Notes: generated by a model from the sequence alone, not told the origin. Counted from the stretch's first letter, positions 7,938 through 22,361 are shown. The stretch: DNA of 64,000 nt from an uncultured bacterium (GCA_963736115.1 CAVTNR010000008.1:1-64000), one strand, 5' to 3'. Program-made: numbers and translations.

Positions 7938-10877
7938 ATGAACGCCATGAGACGCCTGATCGCGACAACCGCCTCCATCGCCCTTCTCCTGCTCGTCCCC
8001 GCCGGCCGGTCGGCCGGTCAGGACGACGTCGGCGTGCCTTCCCTGAAAATCGACCCCGCCGCGCGGCAGGCCGGAATGGCCGGCACGGCCGCGGGCGTCG
8101 GAGACGACGCTTCCTCGGTGTTCTGGAATCCCGGCGCCCTGGGCCACCTGCGCGCCTGGCAGTGGTCCGCGCAGTACAACAAGTGGTTCGCCGGCCTGTA
8201 CCAGGCCTCGTTCACGGCCGTCCGCCAGTTCCGCGTGCTCGGCAGCCGCAGGACTTCGCTCGGCGCGGCCTTCAACGTCGTCGGCGCGCCCTCCTGGGAC
8301 GCCACGGGCGGCGTCCTGCCCTCGGTTTCCGCCAATGACTTCACGGCCGGTGTGCTCTTCGGACAGCGTCTCGACTGGATCCATAAATCCGTATCCGTCG
8401 GAGGCCACGTCAAATACCTGCAGAGCCGCCTGGACGGCTGGTCCGCGTCCGGCGTTTCCGCGGACGCGGGACTGCTCGTCCGTCCCGGCCGGTTCCGCCT
8501 CGGCCGCATGGGCCTCGGCGTGTTCGATTTCGGCATTCTCTCCTTCGGCGCCTCGCTCGCCCACGCGGGCGGGGGCCTGACCTATGACGTCGAGGAAACC
8601 CTCCTGCCCATGACGTGGCGGGCCGGCGCCAGCCTGCGGCTCGGCCGCTACGGCGGCTGGTCGTGGCTCCTGGCCTCGGACGCGGTCGGCGTGCGCGGCC
8701 GTGAAACGGCCTCGCACGCGGGCACCGAGGTCTGGTGGAACGACCTGATCTGCGGCCGGTTCGGGTTCCGGTCGAACGGACGCGACCTGGGCGACCTGAG
8801 CTTCGGGCTCGGCTTCCGCTGGGACGACGCGTTCAGCCGCCTGCTCGGTTTGCCGAGCCGGTTCGGAGACGCGATCGAGGCGGACCTGGCCGACATGGGT
8901 TTCGGCGACGCTCTGCACCAGACCTACCGCGGCGGCGTCAGCCATTTCCCGTCGGCCCCGGAGGCGTTCACGCTGTACGATCCCCGCGAGACGCGGGCCG
9001 ACGACGACGGCGTCTCGGCCGTCGTGCACCTCGACTGGGAGGCCACCGAGGACCCCGACCCCTTCGACGAGCTCGAGTACATCGTCATCGTGGACCGGAC
9101 GAAGCCGAAGGTGGAGGAGGCGGTGCGCCGCCTCGAGGCCGACTTCGAGGGATTCTGGGAGGGGTCGTCCCGCTACGCGTCTTTCCGCGATTCGCTGATG
9201 TTCTGCAAGTCCGTTTCGGATACCGCGTGCCTGCTCCCCGTGGCGCAGGGCGGCAGTTACTACTGGGCCGTGGCCGCGGTCGACAAGGATCAACATGTGC
9301 GCATGGCCCGGCGCGGAAGCCGGAAGGTTCTGCACTTCCTCGTGGCCGTTCCGGATCTGACCGTCGATTCCATCGCGTTCCAGCCGAGCCCGTACATCAC
9401 GACCACGCCCGAACAGGGGCGGCTGTCCGTATCGTTCGGCAACCGCGGGAGCGCGTCCTCCGATTCTTTCCGTGTGGTCATCGAGGACATCGTCGAGACG
9501 CCCGCCGGGCGTCACCGGGCCATTCTCTTCTCCGGCAAACAGGCCACTGCGCCCGTCGACGGCCGGTCCTCCATGACCCTGCCCTGGTGGACATCCATGC
9601 CGGGCCGTCACATGATCCGCGTCATCGCGGACGCGGACTCGCTCGTGCTCGAATCACAGGAAAACAATAACACTCGGGAAGAGGCCTTCGTCACCATTCC
9701 CAAGGGCCGCATCGCGGTGCCGGACACCGTGGAGGTCATGATGACGGGGTACAGTTCCATCGAGGTGCCCCTGGTGCCCGAAGTCTATTTCGACGCGAAC
9801 TCGTCCGAGACGCCCGAGACTTACTCGTCCGACGGCGGAGTCTTCCCTTCGCTCCTCCCGACGCTCGCCCGCCGGCTCAACGAGAACCCGGATGTCACGC
9901 TCCAGGTGTTCGGGTCCATCGACGCCCTGTCGGGTGAGACCGACCCGGCGCTGGCCGAGGGCCGGGCCGAGGACGTCAAAGCCGGGCTCGTGCGTCTGGG
10001 CGCGCCAATCGGCCGCATCGAGGTCGTCACCGAACATCGCGACAGGATCCTCGGCCGGCGGCCCATGCCCAAGGACGCCCAGGACGCGGAGTGGATCATG
10101 CAGCAGAACCGCGTGGTCGGCTTCAGCGTGGACGTGAAGGACCAGGAAAAGATTTTCCAGCCCTACCAGTTCGCCGTGGACAGCACCATGCGCGACAGTG
10201 TGAACTTCGATGCCGCGATCCATTCGCCCGCGGGCATACGCTCGTGGGAGCTTGCCGGTCAGACGGGCGGCCTCGATCTGGACAGCCGCCGCGCGGCGGA
10301 CGGCGACAGCCTGTGGGGCGACCTGGTGTGGAAGGGCACGGACCGGAACAAGGTGGTGGTGGCGCGGAACCGGTGGTTCAAGTTTTCGCTTCTGCTGACC
10401 GACGAAGCGGGCCGCACCTTCCGCACCGTGTCCGATTCGGTTTACCTGCAGGAGAAGCGGACCATTCAGCGCCAGGAGATTTTCGGCGCGGCCAAGTTCG
10501 CCAAGGTGGAGCCGGTGTACGCGTTCTACTGGGACCGCGTGATGTCCGTGGCGGGCGAGATGGTGGCCGATCCGTCCATGCGCCTGCGCTTCGAGGGGCA
10601 CGCCTGCGCCGTGGGGCCGGACCCCGTGAACGAGCGGCTTTCCCTGCGGCGGGCCGAGGATTTCACGGCGAAATTTCTCGAACGGCTCAAGGCGCGCTAC
10701 CCGGCCCAGTATGAGGAATTGCGCAGGCGCATCTCCCAGCCCGTGGGCCTGGGCGAGCGCGAGCCCCTGGTCATCCAGCTGAGGGACGTGGGCGAGGTCC
10801 TGCTCGGCGACAATCGCACGCCGACGGGCCGCTACATGAACCGCAGAATCGCGGTCCTGCTGTACAGGGAGAACTGA
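7938..10877 (+). CDS. PorV/PorQ-like barrel fused to CARDB and OmpA-like domains
   Basis: N-terminal ARQAGMA..DDASSVFWNPGALG (PorV/UPF0164-like); VLESQENNN (CARDB); EGHAC..NERLSLRRA..NRRI (OmpA C-terminal). Confidence 0.75.
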   Translation: MNAMRRLIATTASIALLLLVPAGRSAGQDDVGVPSLKIDPAARQAGMAGTAAGVGDDASSVFWNPGALGHLRAWQWSAQYNKWFAGLYQASFTAVRQFRVLGSRRTSLGAAFNVVGAPSWDATGGVLPSVSANDFTAGVLFGQRLDWIHKSVSVGGHVKYLQSRLDGWSASGVSADAGLLVRPGRFRLGRMGLGVFDFGILSFGASLAHAGGGLTYDVEETLLPMTWRAGASLRLGRYGGWSWLLASDAVGVRGRETASHAGTEVWWNDLICGRFGFRSNGRDLGDLSFGLGFRWDDAFSRLLGLPSRFGDAIEADLADMGFGDALHQTYRGGVSHFPSAPEAFTLYDPRETRADDDGVSAVVHLDWEATEDPDPFDELEYIVIVDRTKPKVEEAVRRLEADFEGFWEGSSRYASFRDSLMFCKSVSDTACLLPVAQGGSYYWAVAAVDKDQHVRMARRGSRKVLHFLVAVPDLTVDSIAFQPSPYITTTPEQGRLSVSFGNRGSASSDSFRVVIEDIVETPAGRHRAILFSGKQATAPVDGRSSMTLPWWTSMPGRHMIRVIADADSLVLESQENNNTREEAFVTIPKGRIAVPDTVEVMMTGYSSIEVPLVPEVYFDANSSETPETYSSDGGVFPSLLPTLARRLNENPDVTLQVFGSIDALSGETDPALAEGRAEDVKAGLVRLGAPIGRIEVVTEHRDRILGRRPMPKDAQDAEWIMQQNRVVGFSVDVKDQEKIFQPYQFAVDSTMRDSVNFDAAIHSPAGIRSWELAGQTGGLDLDSRRAADGDSLWGDLVWKGTDRNKVVVARNRWFKFSLLLTDEAGRTFRTVSDSVYLQEKRTIQRQEIFGAAKFAKVEPVYAFYWDRVMSVAGEMVADPSMRLRFEGHACAVGPDPVNERLSLRRAEDFTAKFLERLKARYPAQYEELRRRISQPVGLGEREPLVIQLRDVGEVLLGDNRTPTGRYMNRRIAVLLYREN

Positions 10878-10906
10878 CGGAAACGGTCCCCCCCGGGCCG
10901 AGTATC

Positions 10907-10922
10907 TGGCATAATTTGTGCA
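10907..10922 (+). promoter_or_regulatory. Putative sigma54 promoter
   Basis: TGGCATAATTTGTGCA with correct GG-GC spacing, upstream of 10996. Confidence 0.5.
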
Positions 10923-10995
10923 ATTTTATCTGGCGTCCCGTTCGATCCATCTCCGGGACGCCATGATTTTTATGATAAGTTGAGGAAAAACATAG

Positions 10996-11535
10996 ATGAA
11001 GAAGTTGTGCGCCGCCCTTGCGGTTCTCCTCATGGGTGTGCAATTTGCCGCCGCGGATGTGATTAAAACCAAAAACGGCAGGACCTACAACGGCACCATC
11101 GTCAAGACCGTGGACGGCAAGGTCGTGATACGCACGGACGAGGGCAATATGATCGGCATTCCCCGCACCAGTCTGGCGAGCGTGCGGCGGGGCAAGGAAG
11201 TGTTTGATTTCGAAACCGGAGAGCGGTATTACTATGAGGTGCGCAGGCCCTTTCTGCCGTTCACAGTGCTCAGCGTGGCCTGCGGCGCGTATTCAGTGAT
11301 CCAGTTTCAGGAGTACAAAAAGGAAAAGGACAGGATCGAAAAGCTGGAACGCGAGAATGAGGCGACGTCCCTGAGCGACAAGAGCGGCCAGCACATGACA
11401 GCCGGAATCGTGCTGGCGGTGTGCAGCGCGGGGTCCTTCATCATGGCCATCAAACCCATGGAGGTGAAGGTGCCGGTTGGTAAAATCAAGGTCGGGATGA
11501 GCCCGACAGGCGTGCGTCTGGCGCTGAGTTTTTAA
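10996..11535 (+). CDS. Hypothetical exported/membrane protein
   Basis: RBS gagg, signal peptide, DVIKTKNG-type N-terminal domain, two hydrophobic helices. Confidence 0.75.
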   Translation: MKKLCAALAVLLMGVQFAAADVIKTKNGRTYNGTIVKTVDGKVVIRTDEGNMIGIPRTSLASVRRGKEVFDFETGERYYYEVRRPFLPFTVLSVACGAYSVIQFQEYKKEKDRIEKLERENEATSLSDKSGQHMTAGIVLAVCSAGSFIMAIKPMEVKVPVGKIKVGMSPTGVRLALSF

Positions 11536-11711
11536 GCGACGGTAAATGACGGACCCCGGGGTCGAAGCGGTTCGCTTCGTCCGGGTTCAGCGAGGGCAGG
11601 ATCCCGGTTCTGCCCATTAAAGGATCCTCTATCACCCCCCATCGGGCTCCGTCCTCGGTTTGACGGAGCCTCTTCTTTTCAATTTCTGTTGTCACCGAAC
11701 CGTTCATGTTA

Positions 11712-11839
11712 AGAGTTCATAGTTTATAGTTCATTGTTCATGGTTAGAAAAAAAGAGCTATCGAGAAAGAAGGGCCGTCTCACCGGCAGATTTCTGTTTT
11801 TCTATGAACTATGAACTATGAACCATGAACTATGAACTT
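11712..11839. repeat. Heptamer inverted-repeat element (GTTCATR)n...(YATGAAC)n
   Basis: Two opposed heptamer runs around a unique core. Confidence 0.8.
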
Positions 11840-11950
11840 GATAAATACCGATTGAAATAGACCTTAGCAAATCTTAACTTATACGGAACCGTTCCACGAC
11901 GAAAGACGTACAATTTCAGGTAACAGAAGTACGGAAAGGAGAGACAACCC

Positions 11951-12634
11951 ATGTTTTTCGATTCCACCATGCTGCTCCTTATTCCCGTGATGATTTTCGC
12001 ATTCTGGGCCCAGTCGCGGGTGAAGAGCACGTTCTCCAAATTCAGCAAGGTTCAGGCCTCGAGCGGCATGACCGGCGAGGATCTGGCCGTGCGCCTGCTC
12101 CGAGACGGCGGGCTCGGCGATGTCAAGGTCGAGCACGTGGCCGGAGAACTATCCGACCACTATGACCCGCGCAGCCGCGTGCTGCGGCTTTCGGACTCGA
12201 CCTACAGCAGCCGGTCCGTGGCCGCGCTCGGCGTGACCGCGCATGAGGTGGGGCACGCGCTCCAGCACAAGGAGGCGTTCGCGAGCTTCCAGCTCCGGCA
12301 GTCCATCGTGCCCGTGGCCAATATCGGCTCCACGCTGGCCTTCCCGCTTTTTCTCATCGGAATGTTCATGGGGCACGGAGGCAAATTCCTCATGGATCTC
12401 GGAATTCTCATGTACGTCGGAGCCGTGGCGTTCACCGTGGTCACGCTCCCGGTCGAGTTCAACGCCAGCTCGCGCGCGCTCGCCCTGTTGAGCAACCGCG
12501 GTTACCTGGTTCAGTCCGAAACCGACCAGGCCCGCCAGGTGCTCCGTGCCGCGGCCATGACTTATGTCGCGGCGACGGCCATGGCCGCGGTTCAGCTGCT
12601 CCGGCTTATCGTTCTGCGCGGGCAGAGGGACTAG
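11951..12634 (+). CDS. Neutral zinc metallopeptidase (YugP-like)
   Basis: LSDHYDP, AHEVGHALQ (HExxH), TLPVEFNASSRA, AAAMTYVA. Confidence 0.92.
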   Translation: MFFDSTMLLLIPVMIFAFWAQSRVKSTFSKFSKVQASSGMTGEDLAVRLLRDGGLGDVKVEHVAGELSDHYDPRSRVLRLSDSTYSSRSVAALGVTAHEVGHALQHKEAFASFQLRQSIVPVANIGSTLAFPLFLIGMFMGHGGKFLMDLGILMYVGAVAFTVVTLPVEFNASSRALALLSNRGYLVQSETDQARQVLRAAAMTYVAATAMAAVQLLRLIVLRGQRD

Positions 12635-12673
12635 GCATTGCCCCGTTCCGGAAATTTTCAGGAGGTTAAACCC

Positions 12674-14206
12674 ATGTGGTCCAATCAACAGAAACTCTGG
12701 TCCGTCGCCGGCTTCATACTTATCGGCGTTCTGGTGGGCGTGGTGCTCACCGCCAATCTCGGATGGACGCCCCGCGGCTTCGCCGCCAAGAGCGGCCCGC
12801 CCGTGCTCGGGTCACAGGACGCGCCCTCGGATGCCCTGCTCCAGCTTCAGAACACTTCCAAGGCCTTCACCGTCGTGTCCAAAGAGGTTCTGCCCACCGT
12901 GGTCAGCGTGTACACGACCAAGGTCGTCAAGGCGAGCCGGAACCGCGAAGAACTGCCTCCCATGTTCAGGGAATTCTTCGGCCGCAATTTCGAAATGCCC
13001 CGCCAGGAGGACCAGGCCATGCAGGGCCTCGGATCCGGCGTGATCGTGAGCGCGGACGGCTTCATTCTCACCAATAACCACGTGATCCGCGACGCGGATG
13101 AGATCAAGGTGAGGCTCAATGACAGGCGCACGTTCGAGGCCAAGGTCATCGGCGCGGACCCGCTGACCGACGTGGCCGTCATCAAGGTCGACGGAAAGAA
13201 CCTGCCGGTCGCGCGTCTGGGCGACGCGGACAAGCTGGAAATCGGCGAATGGGTCCTGGCCGTGGGGAATCCCCTCAATCTGAATTCCACGGTCACCGCG
13301 GGCATCATCAGCGCCATGGGGCGGCAGATCAACATCCTGCGCGACCAGGACGAGGAAGCCTCGAACCGGGGCAGTTACGCCATTGAAAACTTCATCCAGA
13401 CCGACGCGGCCATCAATCCCGGCAATTCGGGCGGCGCGCTGGTGAATCTCCGCGCCGAGGTGGTGGGCATCAACACGGCCATCGCCACCCAGACCGGGAC
13501 GTACATGGGCTACGGGTTCGCGATTCCCATCGGCCTGGCGCGCAAGGTGATGGCCGACCTGATCGAGAACGGGTACGTCACGAGGGCCTGGCTGGGAATC
13601 GCCATGCGGAACGTGGATGACGCCGCGGCGGAGCGGTTCGGCATGAAGGCGCCCACCGGCGTCATCGTCGAGGAAATCATGGACGACAGCCCGGCCCGGA
13701 AAGCGGGGGTCCGGCCGCTGGACGTGATCCTGAAAATCGACGGAAAGGAGATCAGCTCCTCCAATGAAGTACAGGGGCTCATCGCCCTGAAAAAACCGGG
13801 TGAGACTGTGAATCTCGCGGTCCTGCGCGACGGCCGGACGATCACCGTGCCGGTCAAGCTGGGTCAGCGCGAAACCGGCAAGTCGGCCGGCAGGACGGCC
13901 GAGGCCGAAGAGGACATGCCCAAACTCGGGCTGACCGTACAGACGCTCGGGCCTGAAGTGAAGCAACAGTACGCCGAGTACAAGTCGGACGAGGGCGTGA
14001 TCGTCACCGACGTGGAGGCGGCCGGATCCGCGTTTGACGCGGGCATTCGCCGCGGGGATCTGATCACGACCATCGAGGACAAGCCGGTTCCGACTCTGGC
14101 CGAGTATAAAAAAGTTGTCCGGTCCTTTGAAAACGGTAAAGTGGTCATATTCAAGGTGAAGAGCAAGGACCGGTCGTTCCATGCTTTCGTGAAACTGCCG
14201 AAGTAG
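12674..14206 (+). CDS. degP: Do/DegQ family serine endoprotease, 2 PDZ domains
   Basis: GSGVI, TNNHV, IQTDAAINPGNSGG; RBS ggagg before ATG 12674. Confidence 0.92.
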   Translation: MWSNQQKLWSVAGFILIGVLVGVVLTANLGWTPRGFAAKSGPPVLGSQDAPSDALLQLQNTSKAFTVVSKEVLPTVVSVYTTKVVKASRNREELPPMFREFFGRNFEMPRQEDQAMQGLGSGVIVSADGFILTNNHVIRDADEIKVRLNDRRTFEAKVIGADPLTDVAVIKVDGKNLPVARLGDADKLEIGEWVLAVGNPLNLNSTVTAGIISAMGRQINILRDQDEEASNRGSYAIENFIQTDAAINPGNSGGALVNLRAEVVGINTAIATQTGTYMGYGFAIPIGLARKVMADLIENGYVTRAWLGIAMRNVDDAAAERFGMKAPTGVIVEEIMDDSPARKAGVRPLDVILKIDGKEISSSNEVQGLIALKKPGETVNLAVLRDGRTITVPVKLGQRETGKSAGRTAEAEEDMPKLGLTVQTLGPEVKQQYAEYKSDEGVIVTDVEAAGSAFDAGIRRGDLITTIEDKPVPTLAEYKKVVRSFENGKVVIFKVKSKDRSFHAFVKLPK

Positions 14207-14218
14207 ATTTTATAAATG

Positions 14219-14257
14219 AAACGCTCCGGGAGGTTATCAACCTCCCGGAGCGTTCAG
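14219..14257 (+). terminator. Perfect hairpin after degP
   Basis: aacgctccgggagg-ttatcaa-cctcccggagcgtt. Confidence 0.65.
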
Positions 14258-14262
14258 GTTTT

Positions 14263-14314
14263 CCGACCCCGGGGCCGCAGGTTGCACGACCTTCGGCCCC
14301 GGGGTCGGTTTTTT
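14263..14314 (+). terminator. Hairpin plus U-tract; dispersed repeat (second copy 58818-58862)
   Basis: ccgaccccggggccg...cggccccggggtcgg followed by a T run. Confidence 0.7.
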
Positions 14315-14456
14315 ATATACATGCCGTTAAGGCATCGGTGAGAACAGATTGACATGTCAAGCTGGCAAACAAAGATGCGTATTTGGCAGTACACCGAAAA
14401 CAAACATGATTATTCAAGCTATTGAATTTATGTACATTATAAACAATTTTTCGTAC

Positions 14457-14472
14457 TGGCCCATCGATTGCA
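14457..14472 (+). promoter_or_regulatory. Sigma54 promoter of grpE-dnaJ-dnaK operon
   Basis: TGGCCCATCGATTGCA with exact spacing; upstream AT-rich tract and palindrome TTGACATGTCAA (14349-14360). Confidence 0.6.
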
Positions 14473-14521
14473 TTGCATATGGTGTAACCATTGTTTTCAT
14501 TAATCGATAATCAGGGAGTTT

Positions 14522-15082
14522 ATGCGAATACCCATAGAAATTCTGGGACCGGACGGCAGGCCCTTGGTTGACAGGATCGCGGAACCGTCCGTATCCGGTC
14601 GGAACACGGAAGAAGCCCGGGCCGCGTCTCAGGAACCTTCTGAACCGGCTGAGACGGACGCGGAATCCCTGTACCTCGACCAGCTGAGGCGGATGAAGGC
14701 CGAATTCGACAATTACAGAAAACGCGTCGAAAAGGAGAAATCCGAATTCTTCGGCATGGCCAGGGGCAGGGTAATCTCGGGTCTGCTTCCTGTTCTGGAT
14801 GACCTGGAGCGCATGGCCGGTTTCGCCAAGTCTTCGGAGGGCGAGTTCGCGTCCGGGGTGGAACTTATCTTCCAGAAAATGAAGGCGGCCTTGTCGTCCG
14901 AGGGACTCGAGGAAATCGGGTCCGCGGGCCGTCCCTTTGATCCGGAATTCCACGAGGCCATCGAGATGGTGCCGTCCGTTCCTGAGCAGGACGGCATGGT
15001 GGTCGAGGAGCTTCAACGCGGTTATACACTGCAGGGCCGCCTGCTCAGACCGAGCCGCGTGCGCGTCGGAAAAAGCGGGTAA
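14522..15082 (+). CDS. grpE: Nucleotide exchange factor GrpE
   Basis: AEFDNYRKR, LLPVLDDLERM, FDPEFHEAI, GYTLQGRLLRPSRVRV. Confidence 0.95.
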   Translation: MRIPIEILGPDGRPLVDRIAEPSVSGRNTEEARAASQEPSEPAETDAESLYLDQLRRMKAEFDNYRKRVEKEKSEFFGMARGRVISGLLPVLDDLERMAGFAKSSEGEFASGVELIFQKMKAALSSEGLEEIGSAGRPFDPEFHEAIEMVPSVPEQDGMVVEELQRGYTLQGRLLRPSRVRVGKSG

Positions 15083-15121
15083 GACCGCGATTCGGCCTGA
15101 CCGCGAGGGGACCTTAAAGAA

Positions 15122-16030
15122 ATGAATCCGAAGGATTACTATCACATACTGGGCGTCCCAGAATCGGCTCCGGCCGAGCAAATCAAGAAGGCTTTCCGAA
15201 GAATCGCCAAGGAATGCCATCCGGACACGCACCCGGGGGATACAAAAGCCGAGGAGAGGTTCAAGGAACTCTCCGAAGCCTATGATGCGCTCTCCGATCC
15301 GAAGAAGCGCGGGCAGTACGACACCATGCGCAAGTACGGAGCCGGCGGCCCGGGTTTCGACGGATGGACAAGGGGAACCGGGTCCCGCAGGCCCGGGCAG
15401 GGCCGGGGCGACACGTTCACGTTCGAGGGATTCGATCTGTTCGGGGGGCTCGATGGCCTGTTCGGGCAATTCTTCAGCCGGAACGGAGGCGGACCCGATT
15501 TTTCCTCCGCGGGACGCGGCCGCAAACGGGGCCCGGACGCCGAGATCCGAATTCCCTTCGAACTCGCGGCTTCGGGCGGCACCCAGCCGATCCGGCTGGA
15601 AGGCCGGGAATCCGGGCCGGTCACACTGTCTGTCCGCATTCCCGCGGGTATCGAAGACGGGGAGTCGATACGGCTCAGGGGCGCGGCCGGCGGCGGACCG
15701 GGATCCGGCGACCTGGTCATCCGTGTCCTCGTGGAGCCGCACCGCTTTTTCCGACGCAGGGGCAATGACGTGCTCTGCGAGGTTCCGCTGACCGGTCGCC
15801 AGGCCTCGGATGGCGCCACCCTCCGCGTCCGGACCGTGGACGGCCGTCGGGTCAATCTGAAAATTCCGGCCGGTTCGTCTTCCGGCGACATGTTCCGCAT
15901 CCCCGGAATGGGCCTGCACGCGGCCGGCCGCCGGGGAGACCAGCTCGTGACGGTACGCGTGGCCGGAGCCGAGAGCCGTGACGGAAGCCGGACCCGACCA
16001 TCCGGGACGAAAACGCACACCCATTCCTGA
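15122..16030 (+). CDS. Class B DnaJ / CbpA-like co-chaperone (no zinc finger)
   Basis: J domain with HPD, G/F region, DnaJ C-terminal domain; no CxxCxGxG repeats. Confidence 0.9.
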   Translation: MNPKDYYHILGVPESAPAEQIKKAFRRIAKECHPDTHPGDTKAEERFKELSEAYDALSDPKKRGQYDTMRKYGAGGPGFDGWTRGTGSRRPGQGRGDTFTFEGFDLFGGLDGLFGQFFSRNGGGPDFSSAGRGRKRGPDAEIRIPFELAASGGTQPIRLEGRESGPVTLSVRIPAGIEDGESIRLRGAAGGGPGSGDLVIRVLVEPHRFFRRRGNDVLCEVPLTGRQASDGATLRVRTVDGRRVNLKIPAGSSSGDMFRIPGMGLHAAGRRGDQLVTVRVAGAESRDGSRTRPSGTKTHTHS

Positions 16031-16043
16031 AAGGAAGTTTTGA

Positions 16044-16388
16044 ATGCCGACGTACGATTACATCTGCACCCAGTGCGGGGACCGGTTCGAGGCGTTTCAG
16101 TCGATCAAGGCGGCGCCGAAGGCGGAATGTCCGAAATGCGGAAGCCCGGGCAAGCGGCAGATCGGAACCGGCATCGGCGTGATCTTCAAGGGCACGGGAT
16201 TCTACCAGACCGATTACAAGCGCAAGGAGGGGAGCGGCGGCGCGGCGAAGACAAAACCCAAGGCTTCCGAATCCAAACCCGCTGAGTCCAAAACTTCTGA
16301 GTCCAAGGCTTCTGAATCCAAATCTTCTGAATCCAAATCTTCCGAATCCAAGGCCTCTGAATCCAAATCTTCGGATGCCAAGGACTGA
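16044..16388 (+). CDS. FmdB family zinc-ribbon protein with ESKxS low-complexity tail
   Basis: MPTYDYICTQCG...CPKCG...IFKGTGFYQTDY. Confidence 0.9.
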   Translation: MPTYDYICTQCGDRFEAFQSIKAAPKAECPKCGSPGKRQIGTGIGVIFKGTGFYQTDYKRKEGSGGAAKTKPKASESKPAESKTSESKASESKSSESKSSESKASESKSSDAKD

Positions 16389-16457
16389 TTCGGACAACTG
16401 AGCATAAAAACGGAACCTGACGATCCCCGGGTCCGGACCGCCGGAGGCGGGGGATAA

Positions 16458-18430
<1,973 letters not shown>

Positions 18431-18431
<1 letters not shown>

Positions 18432-18639
18432 GTTCATAGTTCAGGGTTCATAGTTCATAGTTGCCCTGCCCCGCCTGTGCGGAGATTTGTAGGTCCGAAA
18501 GGGCCCGCGTTTTTCAGCGGGCCTTTCGGACACCTTAAGAAAGAAGTTCATGGTTCAGAGTTCATAGTTAAAAGAGATACATTGAAACCGATTCGATTCC
18601 TCTTTTTCTATGAACTATGAACAATGAACTATGAATTCA
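18431..18639. repeat. Heptamer runs, GTAG REP (18489-18534) and heptamer inverted-repeat element (18544-18639)
   Basis: (GTTCATA)n directly after the dnaK stop, then a REP, then (GTTCAxR)n aaaagag...ctcttttt (ctatgaa)n. Confidence 0.8.
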
Positions 18640-18667
18640 TCGAATATGCTTTCCGCCGGAGACAATC

Positions 18668-19069
18668 ATGGCTACTTCCATACGCGAAGATTACCTGCTC
18701 CGCATGATCGAGCAGACAGCCAAGGCAGTGGCGCAGTTGATCGGCCTCCGGAAATCCGGAGATTTCACGGCCGCGCACACGGTACTGGACGCGGCCTACC
18801 GGTCCCTGCTCGGCCCGGACGCCCTTCTCTTCAGCCGGATGGACCCGGAGACCGGGGCCAAACTCCTGGCGGAGCCGGAGAAGATGGCGGTCATGGCCGA
18901 CCTGATCCATGAAGACGCGGAACTGCGGAGAACGGCGGCCGAAGGCGACGGGGCCGACCTGGACCGCAAGGCGCTGGCTTACGCGCGGCTTGCTTCCGCC
19001 GCCAGACCTGATGATGCGGATTTTCAACAGCTGGTTGTCAAGATGGCTGGTTTGATTAAAAGTTCATAG
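18668..19069 (+). CDS. Small helical hypothetical protein (DUF6483-like)
   Basis: RBS ggag; IREDYLLRMIEQ N-terminal motif. Confidence 0.7.
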   Translation: MATSIREDYLLRMIEQTAKAVAQLIGLRKSGDFTAAHTVLDAAYRSLLGPDALLFSRMDPETGAKLLAEPEKMAVMADLIHEDAELRRTAAEGDGADLDRKALAYARLASAARPDDADFQQLVVKMAGLIKSS

Positions 19070-19168
19070 TTCATGGTTCATGGTTCATAGTTCATAGTTA
19101 AAAAGAGAGTGGACCATATTCATGATCTCTCCGTTAACTATGAACCATGAACTATAAACTTTGAACTG
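19061..19168. repeat. Heptamer inverted-repeat element
   Basis: (GTTCATR)5 aaaaagagag ... tctctcc (tatgaac)-like x4, immediately before the clpB RBS. Confidence 0.8.
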
Positions 19169-19178
19169 AGGTGTTGTA

Positions 19179-21795
<2,617 letters not shown>

Positions 21796-21845
21796 ATTGA
21801 AATCCAATCATTGATCCCATCGCAGGAAACAGGAGGAATCGCGTC

Positions 21846-22361
21846 ATGAAAAGGACGGTCGCCGCGTTACTGGTCGCCGGTTTGGGAGCCCTGATGGTCG
21901 CCGGATGCGCCGTGTCGGATCGCAAGCTCATGGACAAGGGCGAACAACTCGAACGGCAGGAAAAATTCGTGGACGCCATCAAGGCGTACGAGAAACTGGC
22001 ACAGAAGCACCCCCAAAGCCCCCTGGCCATCGAGTCTCTGCACCGTGTGGCCAACATCTACACCAGCGGCCTGCAGGATTACGGCCGGGCCGTGGAAGCC
22101 TACGGCCGTATCGTGTCCGCCTACCCGGACTCGGCCCGGCGGGCGGCTCAGGCCCAGTTCATGATCGGTTTCGTTTACAACAACTACATGCAGGACACGG
22201 CCAAGGCCAGAATCGCATATGAGGCCTTCCTCTCCGCATACCCGGAGCATGATCTCGCGGATGATGTCGCATGGGAGCTGAAGTACCTGGGCAAGGACAT
22301 CAACGAGATTCCGGAACTGCAGAAAGCCACAGGCGCGAAACCGGCCAAATCGAAGAAGTAA
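21846..22361 (+). CDS. TPR lipoprotein
   Basis: Lipobox VAGC, TPR-like helices, RBS aggagg. Confidence 0.8.
   Translation: MKRTVAALLVAGLGALMVAGCAVSDRKLMDKGEQLERQEKFVDAIKAYEKLAQKHPQSPLAIESLHRVANIYTSGLQDYGRAVEAYGRIVSAYPDSARRAAQAQFMIGFVYNNYMQDTAKARIAYEAFLSAYPEHDLADDVAWELKYLGKDINEIPELQKATGAKPAKSKK

Noticed and set aside
11863-11890. CIRCE operator (ttagca...)
   Set aside because: Does not match TTAGCACTC-N9-GAGTGCTAA beyond six bases and has no second arm.
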